Part shown: piece by piece, positions 50,063-62,665 of the stretch
Numbering within the stretch: position 1 is the stretch's first letter
Layout: each line of letters begins with the position of its first letter
Source: Chiloscyllium plagiosum
Taxonomy: Eukaryota
DNA: 64,000 nt
Assembly: GCF_004010195.1 (NCBI RefSeq)
Contig: NC_057746.1
Span: forward strand, 26,556,070 to 26,620,069
Direction: 5' to 3'
Notes under the pieces: model-generated
Database searches by the model: none
What the model saw: the letters and a program-made list of their open reading frames with translations, nothing else
What the model was told of the DNA's origin: nothing
Program-made: the position numbers and the translations under genes

Positions 50063-51070
50063 CACCACAATCCTAAATGGTCTACCCCATATCTCGAGAC
50101 TCTACCCGTTTCTAAAATCCCCGACCATGGGAAAAAAAATCCTTCTTGCATCTACTCTGTCTAGCCATGTTAGAGTTTTGCATAATCCAATAAGATCCTC
50201 TCTCATCCTTCCAAATTTGAGTGAATAACTGCCCAATCGAGCCAATCTCTCTTCATAGGACAATCGTACTGTCCCCACTAACAACCAAGTGAAGTTATGC
50301 TGCATTCCCTCTTTGGCAAGTATACCTTCTATGACGTGGGGAGACCAAAACAGCATGAAATACTGCAAGTGCGATCTGACCAAAGCCCTGTATAACTGTA
50401 ATAAAATACCTTTATTTCTGAACTCAAACCTCTTGCAATGAATACCAATATACCATTTAGCTTCACAGTTACTTGCTGCATCTGTATGCATTCATTGACT
50501 CGTGTATAAAGACATACAGATCCCCTTTGATAATTACCAATAAATCACTCCTAAATTATGCATTTCCTTTCTGTTTTTCATGCCTAAGTGTGTAACATCA
50601 ATTAGCCACACTGTACGTCAACTGCCTCGTGCTTCGCCATTCACTCAACTTGTCTATATCTCCTTGAAATTATCTTGCATTCTTTTCATAACTCATGATC
50701 ACAATTCTGCCACTTTTGTGTCATCAGCAAACTTGGAAATATTGCATTTAGGTCCCTCTTCCAGACCATTTATATATATCATGAAAAATTGGGGCTCAAC
50801 ATTAATTTACCTGGTATCCCACTAGGCATTGCCTGCACAATTTTTCCCATTCTGTTTCCTGTCTGCCAATCAATTTGTAATCCATGCTAATGTATTTCCT
50901 CTATTTCATTGGTTTAACTTTGACCACTAAGCTCTTCACCAGGAGCCTTTTGAAATCCAAATAGACCGCAATCCAAGGTTTCCTTTATGTAATCTACTCG
51001 ATACATCTCCCCAAAAACTTCTGTAGAATTGTTAACCATGAGTTGCCTTTCAAAAATTCATGCTTTTCAA
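50063..51070 (-). mobile_element. Degenerate CR1-clade RT fragment
   Basis: LQLYRALVRSHLQY..WSP; SKFADDT on the minus strand. Confidence 0.8.
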
Positions 51071-51077
51071 ACATACT

Positions 51078-51389
51078 AGATTTAGATTTTAGATTATATT
51101 ACAGTGTGGAAACAGGCCCTTCGGCCCAACAAGTCCACACCGATCCGCAACCCACCCATACCCCTACATTTACCCCTTACCTAACACTACGTGCAATTTA
51201 GCATGGCCAATTCACCTTACCTGCACATCTTTGGACTGTGGGAGGAAACCGCAGTACGCGGAGGAAACCCACGCAGACACGGGGAGAACGTGCAAACTCC
51301 ACACAGTCAGTCGCCTGAGGTGGGAATTGAGTCCCAGTCTCTGGCGCTGTGAAGTAGCAGTGCTAACTGCTGTGCCACCGTGCCGCCCC
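51078..51389 (-). mobile_element. HE1-type V-SINE
   Basis: reverse copy. Confidence 0.9.
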
Positions 51390-53299
51390 AAGTTGTGGAG
51401 TACTAGTTGTGGAGATATTTTTGTCGTAGTAATATTGAACGTTACTTTCAAACTCACAACCTTTGCTAGTTAGACGAATAAGGAAGCAGAGATATGGCAA
51501 CATCATCACCTGAAAGTCTTCTCTAAGTCATACGGTAAGTTGAGTTGGAACTAATTGCCTTTTCTTCATCCACAAAAGCCTGGCAGCTCCTCAAACGACC
51601 TTCGCTCGACGGCATCCAACTGTTCAAAGAAGAGATCAACGAAAACTTCTCAACAGCAATTATGGATGGTTAATAAATGTTCATATTCCATGAAGTTCAT
51701 ACCCCATCGAATGAAGTCGTCTGCTGTAATAAAAGTTTGAAATTTGCCTACAGTTTTGCATTTTAATTGGAACTTGAAGTATTAAGAACATCAATGGCAG
51801 ATCAACGAATTAATGCATGCTGAATAATTTACCCACCGTTTAATTAACATCTGTGTTCACCAAAAAATATCCCGTTTCCCTTTAATTTTTGTCCGATCCA
51901 TTTTTTAACTCTATATTTAGTGCAGTGAGCTGAATAGCTGTAGTTTCTGCTTTACAACGGGCTCCATCTCGTGGTCAGCTGAAGAACTGACGTGAGCAGT
52001 TTTCCAGTCGTCCTCAGCGTCTGCCAGAAGATGATAACAGAGGCTCCATCAAATCAAAGACAACAAAATCTGGTTGTTTTCGTCACCAGATTAAACTCCA
52101 TACAAGTTAGAGATTTATTTTTGTTTCCTGTCCAAATTATATGCTGGTTTACAGGCAGGTCCACTCTGGACACTCCTCAATCTGTGAAAGTCAGTACAAC
52201 ATGTTTGAGAAATGTATGGTGCAACAACCAACGCTGTGCCACAGGTAATGGGAGAAGCCCCTAGTTTTGTTTGAAGTACAATTATTAGAGCAGAAAATTG
52301 ACATTGAACACCATTTCTAAATTGCACTTTTCCAGCCCGGGGAATACGGTGAAAATTACAATCCCAACTGGCGTTTGGACTGCAGGAGTACATTTTTCCG
52401 AATTCAATCTAAAAACACTTGCACCGTTCTGTTTCTTACACCACCAGTATCACAGTCTATATTTGGGTAATTGAAAACGCCCATTAAACTACTGTTGGCA
52501 TTTTTCTGTCATTTCCCTTCAGATTTTTACTCTATCCTTTCATGTGTTAGATTTTTCCTTGCCCTTCCTTGATTCATGCCTGTGTCATCGCCATAACATC
52601 ATAAATCAACATTGGTATCTGTGCCTGTAACACTCCAATTTTAATTACATTACACTATGACCCCTAAAATTTTTTGAACACAATTTATGCTGTCCTTTGT
52701 GAGGACAGAACCAAAATATGTATTTAATTGGTCTGGTATATCTTTAATCTCAAATATAACTTTCCATATTTCTGACTGAAAGTCACTTACATTTGTCTTC
52801 ACCAATCATTTTTATTTCACAAACGTCTATAAGCTTTTACTATTAGTTTTTATGTTGCCCTACTTTCCCTCCTTTTCCAATCTATTTGGCCCCTTGTAAA
52901 TTGTTGATCGCAGACAGGGGTTGGAGAATGAGGTGTTTAGCTACTTGCTGTAGAATTCCTAGATTTTGATGTGCTTTTACAACCATAATATTTATATTGC
53001 TGGTCTTGATCATTTCCTGACAGCAGTAATACCAGGCATTTGCTAGTGGAGGATTCATCTGTTGAATTAAGATTATATCTTGTTAGAGGCAGTCATTACC
53101 TAATGTGTGATTCTAAGTATTATTAAAATTACTAACCATTTATTAGCCTAGGCCTAGATATTGACCAATTGTTGTTGTATATGGACATAGGCTGCTTCCA
53201 TATCTGAGATCATGATTTGGAGATGCCGGTGTTGGACTGGGGTGTACAACATTAAAAATCACAACACCATGTTATAGTCCAACAGGTTTAATTGGAAGA

Positions 53300-53334
53300 C
53301 ACTAGCTTTCGGAACGTCGGTCCTTCATCAGGTG
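53300..53334 (-). ncRNA. Minimal type-I hammerhead ribozyme motif (Penelope pLTR)
   Basis: CAC-CUGAUGA-A-GGA..UCC-GAAA-GC-UA-GUG: complete core, helix I CAC/GUG, palindromic AGCU helix III. Confidence 0.65.
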
Positions 53335-53787
53335 ATGGAAGGTGCTAAACATTGTGCAATTATCAGTGAACATCCCTCTCTTGACCTCATGATATAAGGA
53401 AGGCTGTTGATATATCAGCTGAAGATGGTTGGGCAATGTTTTTACCCTGACAGATTCATGTGGAGATGTCCTAGGATTAAGATGAATGACCTGGAGTGAC
53501 TGCAACCATTTTACATGTGATTCTAATCAGTGGAGAGCTTAATGTTGATTCCCATTCACTCTCAGTTTTCCTATGGTTTCTTGTGTGCTCTTTGGTTGAT
53601 CACAAATACCAGCCTTTCATCCTATTAAAATACTTTGCTATATATTTCTTAAGCACAAAGTGGATGACTTCATATTGTCCCCCATCAATTCTCCACCCTT
53701 AATCAATCAACATCCCCTCTGCAATGCTCTCTTCTAATTTAGTTTCCTTAGCTTCCTAATTTGCAGTCATGAGCAGACTTAGATATA

Positions 53788-54363
53788 CTGGAGCTGAAAA
53801 TGTGTTGCTGGAAAAGCGCAGCAGGTCAGGCAGCATCCAGGGAACAGGAGAATCGACGTTTCGGGCATAAGCCCTTCTTCAGGAATGAGGAAAGTGTGTC
53901 CAGCAGGCTAAGATAAAAGGTAGGGAGGAGGGACTTGGGGGAGGGGCGTCGGAAATCCGATAGGTGGAAAGAGGTCAAGGTGAAGGTGATAGGTCAGACT
54001 GGGGTGGGGGCGGAGAGGTCAGGAAGAAGATTGCAGGTTAGGAAGGCGGTGCTGAGTTCGATGGATTTGACTGAGACAAGGTGGGGGGAGGGGAAATGAG
54101 GAAATTGGTGAAATCCGAGTTCATCCCTTGTGGTTGGAGGGTTCCTAGGTGGAAGATGAGGCGCTCTTCCTCCAACCGTCGTGTTGTTGGGGTCTGGCGA
54201 TGGAGGAGTCCAAAGACCTGCATATCCTTGGTGGAGTGGGAGGGGGAGTTGAAGTGTTGAGCAACAGGGTGGTTGGGTTGGTTGGTCCGGGTGTCCCAGA
54301 GATGTTCTCTGAAACGTTCCGCAAGTAGGCGGCCTGTCTCCCCAATATAGAGGAGATACACTG
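53788..54363 (-). mobile_element. Penelope-like element fragment (GIY-YIG endonuclease)
   Basis: LLYIGETGRLLAERFREH..PVAQHFNSPSH..EEERLIFHLGTLQPQGMN. Confidence 0.92.
53851..53886 (-). ncRNA. Minimal hammerhead ribozyme motif (Penelope pLTR)
   Basis: UUC-CUGAAGA-A-GGGC-UUAU-GCCC-GAAA-C-GUC-GAU, palindromic ACGU helix III. Confidence 0.6.
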
Positions 54364-54816
54364 GACCCTAGTCATACAAATGTATAATGGAAAGCTGCAC
54401 GCAACGGTCACTGGGGTGCAACAGTAGTCGCATCCGACCAACTTGAATTGATGGCCATTTTCCCTACTTTTTACCTAGTACCAAAAAAAGAAACTCCCTA
54501 ATTCAACACATGCATTTCCTCCAACTTCATACAGCCCCACTTTCTTAGCAGGCTCTTATTTGGAACCTTCTCAAAAGACTATGGTGTTCATATAAGTAAA
54601 TAACATAATAATTTCTTTAGCGACCACATTAATTAATTTTTGAAAAAAATTACCTAGTTGCATCAGGCATCTCTTAAATATACAAATCCAGGTTGGTCTT
54701 CCCAATCAGCTCAACTGCTTGCTCAAACGTTGAGCCCTACCCAAACTTGTCACATGTTCTAGTAATGTCCCCACATTCTAAGTTAGATTAATAGTCTCAT
54801 TATATCTCATTCCTAT

Positions 54817-55441
54817 TGTCACAAAGCTGGTTCCTTTTTTTCTAAAAACTGGTTCCTTTTCTCAAGGATACTGTGTCTTTGGTTTTTTTAGCGGGGTCAT
54901 AAATGGGCCCGGCTCTGATTAGACTGGTTTGGTACAGAGATTAAAGGGTATTGAGAAATGTAAACAGATGAGACTACAGGTCAAAGTAGTCATGAGTCAG
55001 AAGTGACCTGTGTAATGAAAGGGGAGTGGTCAGCTCTCTAGCTGAGCAGTTCAGTCCAGAACTAGTTGGGAGTTCAACAGTGAGCTGTATGAAAACAGGC
55101 TCTCTCTCTCTTTCTACCCTTCTAACTTCAAACTGGATGCATCTGCTCCTTTTTTTAAACAGTGTTTTAAGAGGGTTTGCTTGTTGGGACTGTTGTGTAT
55201 ATTCAGAACAGCATAATTAAGGCTAGTTTGGATAGACTGAGTTCTGTAGGTGTTTTTTATTCTGTTCTTTATGTTTCATTGTGTAATTATGTGAATAAAT
55301 TTTTGTCCATTTTAAAACTTAGCACTCAGCCTTACTAACTTCGGGTAATTTTCACTGTAGACTTACTGAAACAAATTGCAAAATTATGGTCTGGGTTGCC
55401 TGCTGAAGAATCTTTTGAGTGGTCTGGCCTGGTCCATAACG
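54817..55441 (+). mobile_element. Solo LTR (Gypsy-like)
   Basis: TG..CG ends, exact 4-bp TSD CTAT/CTAT, internal AATAAA; 3' end similar to 21413-22049. Confidence 0.75.
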
Positions 55442-58349
55442 CTATACTTTTGGATTTCTTAAATATGTGGCACGTGGACAATTCCTGATTAGGTATGGTT
55501 TGCAATCTAACCTGTGGTGAAAAGAAAAAAAATGCTATAGCGATGTATCTATTTTCAGTCTGATGTGCTCTTTCAGCAACACGTCAAGGCAATTTTCTTG
55601 GGGTGCTGATTTCACTGGAAAGGCTGATATCCCCTACCTATCCCTTGTTTGGTCTTGAACAGAATAACTTGCTAAGCAAATGCGAAAGGCATTTCACAGT
55701 CAACCGTATTGCTGTCGATCTTGTGTCACCTGTTGGATTAACGATGCCCACTTTCCTTCCTTAAGAGATGTCAATGAACCAGACGGGTTTTCACAAATAG
55801 TAATAGTTGTCATGGTCACCATTATTGAGACCACCTTTTAATTCCAGGCTTATTAATTAAATTGAAATTCCAGAAACTACCTTTGTAAAAGTTAGGTTCA
55901 TGTTCCCCGTGTGTTAGCCTGCACTTTGAGTTTCACATCTTGTCAGTTTCGCTCCCGTAACCTTTGGGGAAATTACCAGAACATGTGACAAGTTGGGGTG
56001 GGGCTGAACATTTGAGCCCCTTGACTTGTTTGAATCCTTCCTGTTATCCTGGCATTTTATTTGCATCTTCTGGCTGTGAAGACTTATGTAAAGAACGGTA
56101 TTGTAAATTAGCCATGTTTTGATTCCGTAATAAAATAGAATTGCGTTTTATTAAGCACCAGCAATTGTTTAACTATACCCTTTATCGTAATACAGTTTTA
56201 GAAGGTGTTGTGGTCATCTTTCATACCATTGAAAAAAATGCTTACGTTACCATCTTGCGGCGTTAGCAATTTTAGCTGTAGCTTTAGCTGGTCTTTATAT
56301 TATTTCCAGTTAGTTAGATCGGTATATACACGCCTTCAAAGTGTTTTGCTTCTTTTTACACTATGTTTCACTTCACTGATTGAGCAAGATTGTGTAATTG
56401 CACAACAATGTCCACTCAGACTTATATCATTAACGTGGCAAGGTGCTTTTCAACAGCATTATCCAAGGAGAGAGAGAGAGAGAGGAGGCTATTTTGTAAA
56501 ACATCTTGGCCAAAGGAACAGGTCTCAAGATTTCCTTAAAGGAGGGAAACAAGGTAAGCAGATGGAGATGTTCAAGGGTTGAAATGATTTGTTTCCAAAA
56601 ATCACATCCATCTTGAGGTCTGATTGGGTCAAGAGCTGCACCAGGTCATTAAACATGGATTGATGGATGAATTTGACTTGGTGTGTGTGTGTTTGTGTCT
56701 GTGCGCGTGTGTTAAGAAACTGCCTGCTGAAGTTTTGATGGCATTATGTTTTAAACAATGAGCCAAAATCTAGACACAGATGAAACTTTGGGCAGCAGGT
56801 TAATTTTTACAGAATTCCAAGTGTCAGATTGTTTTGTCTTGTATTGTTCTCAATTTAAATGTTCACCATGGGAATTGACTTAGTTTTTCAGATTTATGTT
56901 GCAGTTGAGAAGAGCAATAGCAGTAAACATTGAGAATGATAAACGTTTACAGTACAGAAGGAGGCCATTCAACCGATTGTGTCTGTACCAGCTCCCAAAA
57001 GAGCTACCCAGCTAGTCCCATTAATTTGTACTGATTGGGCAGCTCAAGAAGAGGGCATAACCTTAAAAGCTGAACCAGGCCATTCAAAATAGCAGTGACT
57101 AGTAGAAATGTGGCACTGTCTCCCACATATGTAGTAGTATCTGAAGTGCTGATGTCACTGGTGTGGTAATGCTTTGTGAACGTGAGCTGAAATCTCAACA
57201 AAGCAGATGGTATAAGATCTGAAAATAAAAAGCGAGACATCAGTGAATAAAAAAGCAATATCTATTGTTGCAACTCTGCACCTGGTTCGTTAATGTCCTT
57301 TAATGAACATTAAAGCATTTTTACCTGGTCTGGCCTACACTTCAGTCCAGACTGACAACAATGGATTTGGTTCTGAAATATCCTTTGAAACAGCTCCACT
57401 CAGCATCATCCCAAGCAGGTTTAATAACAATGGTCCATGTTGTGGATTCTGCATATTAACTTGTGCCAAAACTGGGAGATCTGGCTCATTAATTAGTCAA
57501 ACAACAGTCTGCCACATTCATACTCACAGCATCATGTGTTATGGACAATACTCTATCACCTCTTTCAATAGCAATAGAGAAGTTTGTCAACAGTGCTTTC
57601 AAGCAGCTCTTACACAGTAATAAGCTTCTTACTGATGATCAGTTTGGGTTCTGCCAGTTTGAGATGTCGCTGCTGCTTTGATCCAGAAAAAGAGCTGATC
57701 TCCAGAGGTGATGTGAGTGACTGTTCTTTATATCAAGACAACATTTGACTGAGTGTGGTATCAAGGAGCCCAAATAAGATTGAAGTCAATTAGAATTAGG
57801 GAAATAAACTGTTCATTGGTTGAAGTCATACCTAGCATGAAGAAAGATGGATGTGATTTTTGGAAACAAATCATTTCAACCCTTGAACGTCACTGTAGTT
57901 GTTTTTCAGGTTAATGTTCTATGCCCACTCAAATTCAGCTGCTTGATCAATCACCTTAATTCAATAGTGAGGATGAAAGTGTAGATGTTCACTAATTGTT
58001 GCTCGATTTCTACACGTTTGGTGATTCCTGAAATAAGGGAGCCACCTGTGCCAATTTTTAGAATCAGCACAGAACATTCCAGACGTTGTCCTAATAAATG
58101 GCAAATAATATTTAGGTTGACAATGAATGCTGGAAATGAATCAAAGAAAACAAGACAATAGGCTCTTAGTTAGTTAATTAAATACAATCTGAAATTGATT
58201 GGATTCCAATGGACAATGCATTAAGAATACAGAGCCACATCTGGTGCACCAAATTAAGTAATAGATAGCCCACAAACTCCTTACACAGATTCCATAGTAG
58301 TAGTTTTCACATTTGCCTCACACACGAAAGTTCACTACTTCTGTCCTCG

Positions 58350-60044
58350 GTGGGAAGATTATTGCCTTGGTTTCTGTCCTTCTGCTTCCTCGGAGAATGA
58401 GCCAAAATTGTACAATCTCCTTAAATCGTAGAGCAGGCTAGAGGATTTGAGATATTGACCCAGTTTCCATTGTCCCTTTAACACAGAAACAAATTTTCTC
58501 CTAATCGCATTAAACTCTAAGCGAACTTATAGAACCATCCAATCACACTAATTGTGAGAACCTATCAAGCACAAACTTCAATAGTTTGGGTTGGTTTTCA
58601 GACTGGAGGCCTGTGACCAGTGCCACAAGAATCGGTGCTGGGTCCTCTACGTTTTGTCATTTACATAAATTATTTGGATGCGAGCATAAGAGGTACAGTT
58701 AGTAAGTTTGCAGATGACACCAACATTGGAGATATAGTGGACAGCGAAGAGGGTTACCTCAGATTACAACAGGATCTGGACCAGATGGGCCAATGAGCTG
58801 AGAAGTGGCAGATGGAGGTTAATTCAGATAAATGCAAGGTGCTGCATTTTGGGAAAGTAAACCTTAGCAGGACTTATACACTTAATGGTAAGGTCCTAGG
58901 GAGTGTTGCTGAACAAAGCTTCCTTGGAATGCAGGTTCATAGCTCCTTGAAAGTGGAGTCGCGGGTAGATAGGATGGTGAAGAAGGCGTTTGGTATGCTT
59001 TCCTTTATTCGTCAGGGTATTGAGTACAGAGTTGGGAGGTCATGTTGCGGCTGTATAGGACATTGGTTAGGCCACTGTTGGAATATTATGTGCAATTCTG
59101 GTCTCCTTCATATCGGAAAGATGTTGTGAAACTTGAATGGGTTCAGAAAAGATTTACAAGGATGTTGCCAGGTTTGGAGGATTTGAGCTACAGGGAGAGG
59201 CTGAACAGGCAGGGGCTGTTTTCCCTGGAGCGTCGGTGGCTGAGAGGTGACCTTATAGAGGTTTACAAAATTATGAGGGGCATGGATAGAGTAATAGGCA
59301 AAGTCTTTTCCCTGGTGTTGGGGTGTCCAGAACTAGAGGGCATATGTTTAGTATGAAAGGGGAAAGATGTAAAAGAGACCTAAGGGGCAACGTTTTCATG
59401 CAATGGGTGGTACGTATATAGAATGAGCTGGCAGAGGAAGTGGTGGAGGCTGGTACAATTGCAACATTTAAAAGGCATTTGGATGGGTACCTGAATACGA
59501 AGGGTTTGGGGGTGTGTGGGCCGAGCGCTGGCAGGTGGGACTAGATTGGGTTGGGATATCTGGTCAGCATGGATGGGTTGGATCGAAGAATCTGTTTCCA
59601 TGCTATACATCTCCAAGACTCTATGATTCTAATACAGCGGGAAACTAAGGTAAATCTACAACAAAAAAGCTACTTGAATATTCGCACGAAATTGTAAACT
59701 CTAAAAAATGTTATATTTTTGATGAAGTTTTCTGTAAGTGTAATTGATGGCGAGAAAATTCAATTTGGAAGCAACAGCAGCCACATTTTCCTTTGGCCTA
59801 TGTACAATGTGATCAGAGTTGCTCAACAGGAAGCAGTTTGCCAGACGAACTGTTACCCACATGTTCAGTTTGACAAGACAAGAAAGATGTACACTTTTGG
59901 TCAGGATAATGAAGATCCGATTATGAAGGTTTACAAATAAATACATGACCTCAACAGATTGAGTCATTGACATGTTTGTGTATTCTACAGTTGCAGATTT
60001 ATACACATTCACAGCTAAAACATTCAACAACTATCAGTTACATG
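58350..60044 (+). pseudogene. Decayed Ig-V receptor gene: leader-like 58350-58395 and V pseudo-exon ~59710-60044
   Basis: GTG-GRLLPWFLSFCFLG signal-like segment. One frame reads FSVSVIDGEKIQFGSN..PMYNVIRVAQQEAVCQTNC..KVYK*IHDLNRLSH*HVCVFY, ending at G|gt. In-frame stops and a lost B-strand Cys. Confidence 0.42.
58590..59630 (+). mobile_element. CR1-clade LINE 3' fragment (RT + tail)
   Basis: SKFADDT, YRTLVRPLLEY.VQFWSP, RGDLIEVYKIM; ctctatgattct tail. Confidence 0.92.
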
Positions 60045-60179
60045 GTTGTCAGTGCCTTACACTCCCTTTACTTTTGCATAGAACAATGGTGGTCTTATTT
60101 GGAAGTGGTACGATGAGCCTGTTCAGGTTATTCACAGAGCTTCAATGGATGGTTGCATACTCGGTATAATTTGGCTCAC

Positions 60180-60480
60180 ATTCCATGGTCCTCCTCTCTT
60201 TCTCTCTTTTAATGTTTACTTTGGCATAATGGATGGAAGTTTTATGATCGCTGCCATGATTAGAATGTACCTAATAACGATTGCAACAAGGTTAAAGTTA
60301 GGTTAACCCCCAATACATGGCAATGAAGTAATACATAGAATATTGACCTTTTGAGGTTAAGCTTGAAGGTGTGTTTGGAGATGGTGCTATTTCCACCACC
60401 TGTTGTCCTGTTTCTGGTGATAGAGGGGGCAGTTTCAGGTAGTGCTGAGAAAGATGTCTTGGAGTGTATACTCCAAGCAT
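60180..60480 (-). pseudogene. Stalk exon (60480-60348) and damaged TM exon (60270-60180) of an activating-type Ig receptor
   Basis: Minus strand: cctcacag acceptor, S/T/P-rich DAWSIHSKTSFSALPETAPSITRNRTTGGGNST..LK, AG|gtcaat, 77-nt intron, then RYILIMAAIIKLP (TM Lys), a truncated TM with stop, and a gtgagc donor. Confidence 0.5.
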
Positions 60481-61442
60481 CTGTGAGGCAGAATAAAACA
60501 AACACTTTTAAAGGAACTTGAGTGATATACATTTGGCATTAATGGAACCAGAGTCCAGATTCCATATTGGCGAAATATTGTGACAAGGAATGATAGCAAT
60601 TAGTAGGGTATGATTATAGCATTGAGTAAGGTGCATAGGGAAATTGCAATAGAATTATAGATATGGTTCCAACACAGAGGGAACCCACATGGGCCATTGT
60701 CGCCATGTAAGATCTGTGCCAGAGCAACTGAAAATTGGAATAGAAACACTGATCTAGTACACACCCTTGGATTTCAGACAATTGTTCACCATGCTATCAT
60801 TTACACAAATGCTTCAAAGACAAAATAGGACAAATGATGGCATATCATTGTAACCACTCTACAATTTCCACATTTCTCGAATTTCATTACCCAGTTCAAG
60901 GCCTGTAGATTATACTGACTGCTGTAATGGTGTCTATCCTTTCTTATCATTAACCAAATAGATTCTGTCATGACATCTTTAGGACATTCTTACTCTTCAG
61001 CACTATAATATTCTTGTCAATGAGTATGGTCACTCTTCGTCCTTTCCTTTCCAACGTCTCCCAAATGCTCTACATAGTTTGCAGCTAGATCACCTTTATC
61101 TTCAATTACATTCCCAAACGGTTATCTGCACCTACATCACACCGACACTATTTACTATATACAATGGATTTATAAAAATAGAGTGACTAATATAGTTGTA
61201 TTCATACTCCATATTGATCTGACTCTGCTTGGTGCTTTACTATTTCTTAGATTAGTATTATGCATCTTTTCCAATATTTTGTGCATTTTATTTTTCCTCT
61301 CGAATGTTATCAACAATTTTCATTTCTTCTTGACGAGGCAATTTATGAGCACCAACCAATATCAATGGCAAATTGCCCCAGAAAAATGAGGCAAGAAAAA
61401 AAAATCCATTAGTGATGTTGTTCTGATTAAATTAGATTACAG

Positions 61443-62665
61443 TATTTGAAGCAAGTAAAATCCGTGTTACAACGTTGAACAATGCAAGAAGATATTTGAA
61501 GAGGAATGCTATGATCGATGTATAAACATTACAAGCAGCAGAAATAACAGAATAGAGTTTCATGCATGCTTTCATTGAACTGGCTTGAGTTTTGTGGCAT
61601 GGACATCAAAATTATTTGAGGGTGTTACAGGGTTCAGTTTCAGAGGTCAGGGCAGTAAATGCCTTGGGGAGGAGTGAAGGTTTGAAGACTGAATATTTGT
61701 GAGAGGTCAAACATACACTTCAAGAATTCTCAAAGACATCTTTTTCAGCACCACCTGAAACTGCCCCCCATCGCCAGAAATGGAACAACAGGTGGTGGAA
61801 ATAGTACCATCTCCAAATGCACCTTCAAGCTTAACTTCAAAAGGTTAATATTCTATGTGTGGAAGAGAAACAAAAACAGCGCAAGAACACTAAAGGCTAT
61901 ACCACAGCTTAGAAACGTCACAGAAAAATAAGCCAATTATATATCCATATTCTTAAAGTGGTAGGGATGTTACTCAAAACTCGTATTGAAACTACTCAGA
62001 CTACGATGCCACTGAGTCTGAACTTTTAAGGAACATATCATAAAAGGAAACCGAGCCACGGGAGAAACTGCACAGAAGATTTACAGGATAATTGCAAAAT
62101 GGGATGGGGGAGGTGAGTATAAATATCAGGAGGGAGTTGACAGGCTGGGTTAGTTTCTTTCTTTTGAAAAATCGAACGTAGTGGGGGTTGGCCTAACATG
62201 ATTTTTAAACTTATGAAACGTTTTAATAGAAAAGATACGGGGACTATGTTCCCTCTTGTGAGGAAACACTGAACTAGAGCCTACAAATATAAAATATTGA
62301 AAAAAATAATCTAACATGGAACTCAGAAATAAGTTCTTTACCAAAGTATGCCAAGAATTTAGAACCATGGGGCATGGTTGAAGCCAATACCATAGATGTC
62401 AGACTCATGTGAGAGATGGGAATAGAGAGTTATGATGATATGGAAGAATTGCAGGAGACTCAAGTGGAGAGTAAACAATTGCATAGATTGTTTGGGTTGA
62501 TAACCTGCTTAAATGATGTTTATTCAATGTGTATTCCACCAAAAAGATACGTCATCATTACTTCAACATCGCAAGACACAACCTCCCTATCTAAGAGCAC
62601 TTTAGCAGTACCTTTACATAGATTGTTCAAGAGAGCAGCTTGGTGTCACTTTCTCGTAGACAGTT
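61443..62665 (+). pseudogene. Decayed Ig domain + stalk (61443-61843) and TM-like relic (62547-~62665)
   Basis: Frameshifted PCYN..RRYL..ECYDRCINI..SFVAWTSKLFEGVTG..RAVNALG, then a stalk paralogous to 60348-60461. After a phase-2 donor the next acceptor reads RYVII, like RYILI of the minus copy. Confidence 0.35.

Noticed and set aside
58590-58660. The CR1 at 58.6 kb as the displaced 3' half of the CR1 ending at 37850
   Set aside because: The two overlap by ~70 nt, but 5'-truncated copies of this family are abundant, so coincidence is sufficient.
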